A stretch of DNA of 14,063 nt from Deltaproteobacteria bacterium TL4 (GTDB taxonomy: Bacteria > SAR324 > NAC60-12). A program made the translations under genes and the position numbers. The DNA lies in assembly GCA_051382335.1 (NCBI GenBank), contig JBBCAX010000218.1, forward strand, positions 1 to 14,063, read 5' to 3'. Below the pieces are notes generated by a model, which worked only from the letters and a program-made list of their open reading frames with translations, had not been told where the DNA came from and did no database searches. Of this stretch, positions 8,515-14,063 are shown one piece after another; positions within the stretch are counted from its first letter, which is position 1; each line of letters begins with the position of its first letter.

Positions 8515-9167
8515 AAAAACTTATAGGTATCGGCGTAGGTCCCGGAGATCCAGAGTTGATCACCGTGAAAGCCGTGAACGCCATTCAAAATTGCGCTTAT
8601 GTTTTTGTACCTAAAAATAAGGGAGATAGTCTTGCCGGAAATATTGCCGCACCGTATTTAAAAGATAAACCGCTCTTGGAACTTGCTTTTCCCATGGGAG
8701 AAGATAATGCTCAACGTTATATTCAAGCGGCAAAAACCATCAATGAGACGTTGAATTCAGAGGAAACCGGTGTGTTCTTAACGTTGGGAGACCCTCTTAC
8801 TTACAGCACCTTTGCTTATTTAAGGCAGGAAGTAATCGGACTTGGGATTGAGGTGTCTGTTATTCCAGGAATTACTTCTTATCATGCGGCCGCCGCCGTT
8901 TTGGGAGAAGCGATAACCCTCAGGGATGAAGCCTTCTATCTTGCCGATGGAAATGTTGAAGAGGAGGTTTTGACGTTCGTCGATTCAGTCTGTATTTTGA
9001 AACCTCTGAAAAATATGGAAACTCTCTTGGATCGTCTTGAAAAACATGATTTCCATTATGTGTATGTCAAGCGCTGCGGTCAAAAGGGAGAAACCATTCT
9101 CAAAGAGCGGAACCTGATTCTTCAGGAAACCGATTATCTGTCATTGATTTTAGCAAAAAGGAATTAA
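8511..9167 (+). CDS. cbiL: Cobalt-factor II / precorrin-2 C20-methyltransferase (CbiL/CobI)
   Basis: GIGVGPGDPELITVKAV, FPM, FLTLGDPLTYST, IPGITS and C-terminal YLSLIL. ATGA overlap with cbiT. Confidence 0.92.
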   Translation: MKKLIGIGVGPGDPELITVKAVNAIQNCAYVFVPKNKGDSLAGNIAAPYLKDKPLLELAFPMGEDNAQRYIQAAKTINETLNSEETGVFLTLGDPLTYSTFAYLRQEVIGLGIEVSVIPGITSYHAAAAVLGEAITLRDEAFYLADGNVEEEVLTFVDSVCILKPLKNMETLLDRLEKHDFHYVYVKRCGQKGETILKERNLILQETDYLSLILAKRN

Positions 9168-9168
9168 C

Positions 9169-9924
9169 ATGGTTTATTTTGTGGGTGCGGGACCAGGCGA
9201 TGTCGACTTGATTACCGTCAAAGGACGTCGTTTGTTGGAACAAGCGGATGTCGTGATTTATGCGGGATCCCTGGTATCGGAGCAACACCTGAAGTTTTGC
9301 AAAGCGGAATGTGAATACCACGACAGTGCGTCCATGACTCTGGAGGAAACAGATCAACTGATTCAAGAGGCAGAGAAACAAAAGAAAATGGTGGTTCGAC
9401 TGCATACCGGAGATCCAACAATTTTTGGAGCGATTCAAGAACAAATAAAATGTTTGGAAAAAGAAAATATTTCCTTTGAAATTGTTCCAGGCGTTAGTTC
9501 TTTTACGGCAAGTTGCAGTGTTCTTAATCGTCAATTCACGTTGCCCGGAGTCAGTCAAACGGTTATTGTCACTCGGATGGAAGGAAAAACGTCAGTTCCT
9601 GAGGCTGAAAATTTGGAATCCCTGGCAGCGCATAAATGTTCGATGGCCATTTTCCTTTCCGTACAACAAATCGACGAGGTCGTGTTTCATTTGAGCAAGG
9701 GTTATGAGGACCAAAAAGTTCCAGTGGCTGTGGTTTATAAGGCAACGTGGCCTGATCAGAAAATTGTCAAAGGAACCTTAATCGATATCGCCGGAAAGCT
9801 CAAAGAGGCCAATATTAATAACTTTGCCATGATTTTAGTCGGATATTTCCTGGATACAGAGTTCGAGCGGTCGATGTTATACCACCCCGCGTTCACGCAC
9901 CGTTTCAGAGAGAAAACCTTGTGA
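9169..9924 (+). CDS. cbiF: Cobalt-precorrin-4 C11-methyltransferase (CbiF/CobM)
   Basis: VYFVGAGPGDVDLITVKG, IYAGSLV, VRLHTGDP, FTLPGVSQTVIVTR, VYKATWPDQ and LYHPAFTHRFR. Confidence 0.96.
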   Translation: MVYFVGAGPGDVDLITVKGRRLLEQADVVIYAGSLVSEQHLKFCKAECEYHDSASMTLEETDQLIQEAEKQKKMVVRLHTGDPTIFGAIQEQIKCLEKENISFEIVPGVSSFTASCSVLNRQFTLPGVSQTVIVTRMEGKTSVPEAENLESLAAHKCSMAIFLSVQQIDEVVFHLSKGYEDQKVPVAVVYKATWPDQKIVKGTLIDIAGKLKEANINNFAMILVGYFLDTEFERSMLYHPAFTHRFREKTL

Positions 9925-10934
9925 AATTGGCCTGCATCGCATTCACTCCAGAGGGAAGGAACCTCGCCCTGAATATTCAACAACGCTTTGACGGCAAGGT
10001 GGATCTGTATTCCAAAGAGAATTATAAGGAGAGCCTCCCCCTCATTTTTGAACAGTATGACGGCCTTGTGTTCCTTTCTTCCACAGGCATTGCGGTACGT
10101 CTTTCCGCTCCCTTCCTTAAAGATAAAAACACAGATCCCGCGATAGTGGTTGTCGATGATTTGGCACGCTACGCCATCAGCCTGGTGTCTGGACATTTAG
10201 GGGGAGCCAACGAATTAACGGAGTCCCTCGCAACGCTGTTGAAATGTCAACCCATCATCACGACGGCCTCTGATGGCAGAGGAATTGAGGCGATTGATCT
10301 CTTTGCGCAAAAACATAACCTGGTCATTGGAGATATGAATGACGCGAAAATCATTACCGCAATGATGCTTGAAGGCAAAAAGATTCAAATCCTGCTCGAA
10401 AGTGGAGAAGGCTATGAAAGCCTGTCTCCAAATGACAAGGAGAAGGGGCTGCGAATCCAATATCCCTACCTGGTTGAAGAACACCCTGAGGGTTGTGTGT
10501 TTATTACATCAGCGACTCGGGTTGAGTGCAAGTTACCTTCGGTTTTACTCCACCCTAAAATCCTCAACCTTGGCGTTGGATGCAGGAAAGGGAAAACAAA
10601 AGACGAGCTATTCAACGCCATTGTTTCTGTTTTTGGAACCCATCATTTAAGCCTGAAGAGCGTCAAAAGACTGGCAACCCTTGAGCTTAAAATCCAAGAA
10701 CCGGGCATCCAGAAAATTTGCCAAGAACAAGGGTGGGAATTAAAAGGTTTTTCAAACGCGGAAATTGAAGCGGTACAAGTACAGTTTGAGCAAAGTGCCT
10801 GGGTGCAAGCTTCTGTTGGCGTAACCGGAGTTTGTGAACCCTGCTGTTATCTTGCGGGCGGAACCCTCATTGTGAACAAAACGGCAATCAACGGTATCAC
10901 CGTGTCCGTATCCAGAGAGCGTATTTATGGCTAA
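9921..10934 (+). CDS. cbiG: Cobalt-precorrin-5A hydrolase
   Basis: GIAVR, KDKNTDPAIVVVD, ISLVSGHLGGANEL, PIITTASD, LGVGCRKG and GVCEP. GTGA overlap with cbiF. Confidence 0.94.
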   Translation: MKLACIAFTPEGRNLALNIQQRFDGKVDLYSKENYKESLPLIFEQYDGLVFLSSTGIAVRLSAPFLKDKNTDPAIVVVDDLARYAISLVSGHLGGANELTESLATLLKCQPIITTASDGRGIEAIDLFAQKHNLVIGDMNDAKIITAMMLEGKKIQILLESGEGYESLSPNDKEKGLRIQYPYLVEEHPEGCVFITSATRVECKLPSVLLHPKILNLGVGCRKGKTKDELFNAIVSVFGTHHLSLKSVKRLATLELKIQEPGIQKICQEQGWELKGFSNAEIEAVQVQFEQSAWVQASVGVTGVCEPCCYLAGGTLIVNKTAINGITVSVSRERIYG

Positions 10935-11646
10935 GTTGTATGTTATTGGCATCGGTCCCGGAGGAAAAGAACACCTCACTCAGCGAGCGCTTGAAGTCTT
11001 AAAACATTGTCAGGTGATTGTGGGCTACACCTATTACCTCAAACTGATTGAAGACTTGATTGAAGGGAAGTCCCTCATCAAAACAGGGATGACCGGTGAA
11101 ATAGATCGATGTAAACGGGCGATTGAAAAAGTTAAAGAAGGAATAGAGACTGGTTTGGTAAGCACCGGAGACGCGGGGTTGTACGGCATGGCAGGTCTGG
11201 CTTACGAACTTGGAAACGATATTGAAATTGAAGTCATTCCGGGGGTGAGCTCGGTCTTTGCCGCAGCAGCGGAAACAGGTGCTCCGTTGATGCATGATTT
11301 CTGTACCATCAGTTTGAGTGATTTACTCACCCCCTGGGAGATCATCGAAAAAAGAGTGGAAATGGCGGCCCAGGGTGATTTTGTGATTTCACTCTATAAT
11401 CCCAAAAGTCAGACACGAGTGGAACCTTTCAGAAACACGGTTTCCATCATTTTGAAATATCGCCAGGATTCAACACCTGTGGCTCTCGTCAAAAACGCGG
11501 GACGGGAGGGAAAGGAGCAAATCATTACCACCTTGGCCAACATCGATTACGATTTTGTCGATATGAAAACCATTGTCATTATCGGGAATAGCCAAAGCTA
11601 TATCCAAAATGGAAAAATCATTACACCCAGAGGTTATGCACTTTGA
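10927..11646 (+). CDS. cbiH: Cobalt-precorrin-3 C17-methyltransferase (CbiH/CobJ)
   Basis: LYVIGIGPG, STGDAGLYGMAG, GAPLMHDFCTISLSDLLTPW, LYNPKS, VDMKTIVIIGNS and ITPRGY. Confidence 0.96.
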   Translation: MAKLYVIGIGPGGKEHLTQRALEVLKHCQVIVGYTYYLKLIEDLIEGKSLIKTGMTGEIDRCKRAIEKVKEGIETGLVSTGDAGLYGMAGLAYELGNDIEIEVIPGVSSVFAAAAETGAPLMHDFCTISLSDLLTPWEIIEKRVEMAAQGDFVISLYNPKSQTRVEPFRNTVSIILKYRQDSTPVALVKNAGREGKEQIITTLANIDYDFVDMKTIVIIGNSQSYIQNGKIITPRGYAL

Positions 11647-11649
11647 AAG

Positions 11650-12335
11650 CTAGAGTGTGGACACAAAGATCGGAAACTTTTCCACCTGTGCAGGTGTAGG
11701 TCGTCCAAATCAGTTTAATTTTTTTCCCCACTTTTTGGAACTCTCACCAATGTAGAGAGACTCTATGCTGTGATAGGTCCAATAGTTTTCAGAGTTAGCC
11801 TGTTTTTTTACATTGAAGAACTCCCGTTTTAGAAGGCCCTATGTTATTCGAAAAAGTATCTGAAATGTTTCAAGATTGGGTTGGCCTATTTAATAAGGCG
11901 ATGTAAATTCATGAAGCGCGCTTTGGTCGATACTTTGGGAGGCGTCAAAAATGCCAATACGGTTTGTTTGAGTCCTTTGGACGCTTGTCTACAGGCGGAT
12001 AGGAACGTTTGGAAGAGAGGATGATTTTGATATTCATGTTTCAGTAGCTTGGCAATAGCGTGAGAAATATCGCTAAGCATATCGCTGCCCATTCCTCTTT
12101 CGGTTAAAAGTCTCACAGCTTTAGATAAATCGCATCCACCATCTTTGAGATAGGCGAGGGGGCGACCATAAACAGCGATCACACGACTCAAAAATTCCGC
12201 GATTTTTTCGCCAGTCCACGAGACCGATACTGCGACGGCAAAACAGTTCACTTCGGAGAGCGTTGGGGCGCTCGGATGTAGAGCATGATGGTTTGCGTTG
12301 AGTCCGAGAATCGTCAGTATTTTACCGGCGCCGTT
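11650..12335 (-). mobile_element. Decayed insertion-sequence remnant; possible terminal sequence CTAGAGTGTGGACAC at 11650-11664
   Basis: Transposase fragment plus ~200 bp of downstream non-coding DNA ending 3 bp after the cbiH stop. No partner inverted repeat is visible, so the left boundary is tentative. Confidence 0.45.
11847..12335 (-). pseudogene. Internal fragment of a DDE-type transposase, with no start codon and an in-frame stop
   Basis: The frame of ORF 11886-12251 stays open upstream to ~12338 (GAGKILTILGLNANHHALHPSAPTLSEVNCFAVAVSVSWTGE). It contains YLKDGGCDLSKAV, DISHAIAKLLK and PPKVSTKARFMNL, which I recall from an IS transposase family. After the TAG at 11886-11888 the same frame continues ANPILKH. 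Confidence 0.65.
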
Positions 12336-12474
12336 ACCTTAGGAACACGGTTTGTTCGCTGTTTGCTGGCTGGTTTCCCGCCAGTGCCGCATGATCGGTT
12401 CCATAGCATTGAAAGCCAGTGGCTTTCCTATAGGGGACTTTCACACCATCAGATCACGCCCATATTGGGCGTAC
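12335..12474 (-). ncRNA. 5' fragment (start of domain I) of a group IIC-like intron, truncated
   Basis: The minus strand reads TTGT|GTACGCCCAATATGGGCGTGATCTGATGGTGTGAAAGTCCCCTATAGG. The GT start, the ACGCCCA/TGGGCGT hairpin and the GGTGTGAAAGTCCC element match the pattern of IIC intron 5' ends. No RT ORF and no domain V or VI are present. Confidence 0.65.
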
Positions 12475-12566
12475 ACAAACGCATAGACTACAGCCATTTT
12501 TGGCACACGAAAACTGATCAACAGGCGACGATCTCAAACGGGTGCTAGTCATGCTAAGCGTTAGCA
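12475..12566 (+). mobile_element. attC: Integron attC recombination site, with R'' interrupted by the intron fragment
   Basis: Residual R'' AC (12475-12476), 5-bp spacer AAACG, L'' CATAGACT (12482-12489) pairing with L' AGTCATG (12547-12553) with an unpaired 4th base, 6-bp spacer CTAAGC, and R' GTTAGCA (12560-12566). An RBS and ORF follow immediately. Confidence 0.75.
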
Positions 12567-12584
12567 TCACAATGGAGGGAAAAA

Positions 12585-13235
12585 ATGAACATAATAGCGA
12601 TAAAACAATTAGAATCTGGTAAAAATGTGTTTTTTATCACGGATGAGTACGAAGAATACACACTTGAGGAAATAATAACTCTAGTGAAAAAGGGTAAAGT
12701 GGATAACGTACAAACGGTGTGTACAGAGATCGGTACGCAATATATTAGGTCTAAAGCGAATCAATTCAAAAGTGATAATCTTGATAGTATCGCTATTTCG
12801 TGTAACGAAAATGATTGTTTACTTTTTGATTTAAAATATCTTTATTTGAAAGCTCAAAATGGAAGAATAAAGCGTAAATGGAAAGCTACTGCTGGAAATC
12901 AGGGTTCTACAGCGCAGGATCAGTATAAATCGGATTATGGCCCTCTTCCTGAGGGTGAATACGAAGTGAGGTTTGATAAAACTCTTGATTTTGAAAATAG
13001 TAAAAGCCTTTGGGATAAACTTAAATGGATTGTTAAAAGTCCATCATGGGGATTTGTTAATACTCCACTTTATCCATCAAAAGATAATGAAATGTACGGT
13101 CGGGGGGATTTTTATATCCACGGAGGGACAACGCCAGGGTCAAACGGTTGTATTGACTTGGCTGATAAAAATGAGGATTTCCATATCCTTTTAAGACTGT
13201 ATCACAGAAATTTTCGGTTAATTGTTCAATATTGA
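12585..13235 (+). CDS. DUF3892-like N-terminal domain fused to a Tlde1/DUF2778-like L,D-transpeptidase-fold domain
   Basis: GGAGGG RBS. N-terminal YTLEEIITLV...YIRSKANQFKSDNLDSI is DUF3892-like. C-terminal GPLPEGEY...WG...GRGDFYIHGG..PGSNGCI gives the His/SxGC catalytic signature. Confidence 0.75.
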   Translation: MNIIAIKQLESGKNVFFITDEYEEYTLEEIITLVKKGKVDNVQTVCTEIGTQYIRSKANQFKSDNLDSIAISCNENDCLLFDLKYLYLKAQNGRIKRKWKATAGNQGSTAQDQYKSDYGPLPEGEYEVRFDKTLDFENSKSLWDKLKWIVKSPSWGFVNTPLYPSKDNEMYGRGDFYIHGGTTPGSNGCIDLADKNEDFHILLRLYHRNFRLIVQY

Positions 13236-13239
13236 AATC

Positions 13240-13800
13240 ATGAAGAAATTAAAACAGATACTAGATAACAAACTATTTTTTCAATACTTTCCTTTGATCC
13301 TTTTTTTAGTTCTCGTTTTGATTGCTCAGATTGATGCTGTGTTTTCATCAAAGGGTCTTTGGTCACTGAATGAAATAGATGATCCCTATGTAAACTATTA
13401 TCAGAATAGCTTAATCTCTAATATACAACTCATCGCTATATTTATTGATTGTATGATTTTGCTTCTTATTTTTTTAAAGGTTACAAGATTAAAAAATGAA
13501 TTATTATCCAAAGGCTTAATGTTTTTTTTATTACTTGGAGTTTTCTTTATTTGGTTTGAATTATGGTATGGTTCAACTTTTTATTATGGCGAAGTCAGAG
13601 ATAAACAGGGGTTACCATTGACATTAAATAATATTGGAATTGTTGGGAGCATTTTATTTTTGCTGTATTTCCTACTAAATATAAAATTATTTATAAAGCT
13701 TAAAACCATATCCAAAATCGGCATAGTTTTCATAGTCATCTGTGGGCATTGGGTTGCGGTAAAAATGCTGGAAATTCCCTGGAATTTTGTATCTTCATAA
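13240..13800 (+). CDS. Multi-pass membrane protein (~5 hydrophobic segments); candidate immunity or partner protein
   Basis: ATG lies 4 bp after the upstream stop (alternative TTG 13222). Several long hydrophobic stretches with a polar loop WFELWYGSTFYYGEVRDKQGL. AT-rich like the upstream gene. Confidence 0.7.
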   Translation: MKKLKQILDNKLFFQYFPLILFLVLVLIAQIDAVFSSKGLWSLNEIDDPYVNYYQNSLISNIQLIAIFIDCMILLLIFLKVTRLKNELLSKGLMFFLLLGVFFIWFELWYGSTFYYGEVRDKQGLPLTLNNIGIVGSILFLLYFLLNIKLFIKLKTISKIGIVFIVICGHWVAVKMLEIPWNFVSS

Positions 13801-13821
13801 TTCTGATTATACCGGATTTGG

Positions 13822-13843
13822 GGGAGGGCTTCGATAGCCTCCC
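13822..13843. terminator. GC-rich hairpin, possible terminator between convergent genes
   Basis: GGGAGGGCT-TCGAT-AGCCTCCC stem with one bulge, 21 bp after the stop at 13800. It has no clear U-tract. Confidence 0.3.
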
Positions 13844-13982
13844 AGAGAAACTGAAATCAAGAGATTTTGGGCATGTTTCTGAGATCAAGATTTTTACCTA
13901 ACAGTTTGAGTAGGCCCACTTCACTTGGGCAGACTGTGGATGTCTTTTTTTAGCTTCCTAATTCTATTAAAACAGGCCCGTT

Positions 13983-14063
13983 TTAGTTCATTTTCGGGTC
14001 TGGCAATTGGAGGATGGGTTCCCCCAAAGCTCTTCTAAGTTCGTCTAACCAATGCTGAGGTTC
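13983..14063 (-). CDS. Possible 3' end of a gene entering from beyond the window
   Basis: The minus strand is open from the edge: EPQHWLDELRRALGEPILQLPDPKMN-TAA. Too short to identify. Confidence 0.4.
   Translation of the reverse strand, partial: EPQHWLDELRRALGEPILQLPDPKMN

Noticed and set aside
11636..11653. ATGCACTTTGAAAGCTAG (MHFES) as the stub of an IS-truncated cbiJ
   Set aside because: Five codons carry no identifiable similarity. The preceding GAGG is part of the conserved PRGY codons of cbiH.
12285..12548. 87-aa ORF
   Set aside because: It overlies the antisense transposase fragment, the intron fragment and the attC site, and has no clear RBS or protein motif.
453..13194. Short alternative-frame and antisense ORFs inside the called genes (e.g. 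9100-9558, 9756-10196, 3485-3802, 2737-3057)
   Set aside because: They overlap well-supported genes and show no recognisable motifs, so they are treated as shadow ORFs.
13896..13937. ACCTAAC followed by an imperfect hairpin as the closing attC
   Set aside because: No correctly spaced GTT R' box follows, it is not complementary to the cassette's TTAGCAT start, and it lies ~95 bp past the stop.
14043..14063. GTCTAAC as an attC R'' box
   Set aside because: The window ends before any pairing arm can be seen, and it lies within a plausible minus-strand gene end.

Overview
Bacterial DNA in three parts. (1) 1-3331: the 3' end of an unidentified gene, three tandem GTAG-type REP-like palindromes, an HD-domain gene, a convergent hypothetical gene, and a crotonase (methylglutaconyl-CoA hydratase-like) gene with an unexplained ~185-aa N-terminal extension. 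(2) 3388-11646: a tightly coupled anaerobic corrin-ring operon, cbiK-cbiA-cbiC-cbiD-cbiE-cbiT-cbiL-cbiF-cbiG-cbiH. cbiJ and the late cobalamin genes are absent from the window. (3) 11650-13800: a nested mobile-DNA scar. A decayed transposase is joined to the 5' end of a group IIC-like intron on the minus strand. The intron end sits at the TTGT target of a well-formed integron attC site. The attC is followed by an AT-rich two-gene cassette: a DUF3892-like/Tlde1-like (L,D-transpeptidase fold) fusion and a multi-pass membrane protein, a candidate cell-wall toxin/immunity pair. No integrase is visible. All family assignments come from motif recognition by eye, not from database searches.
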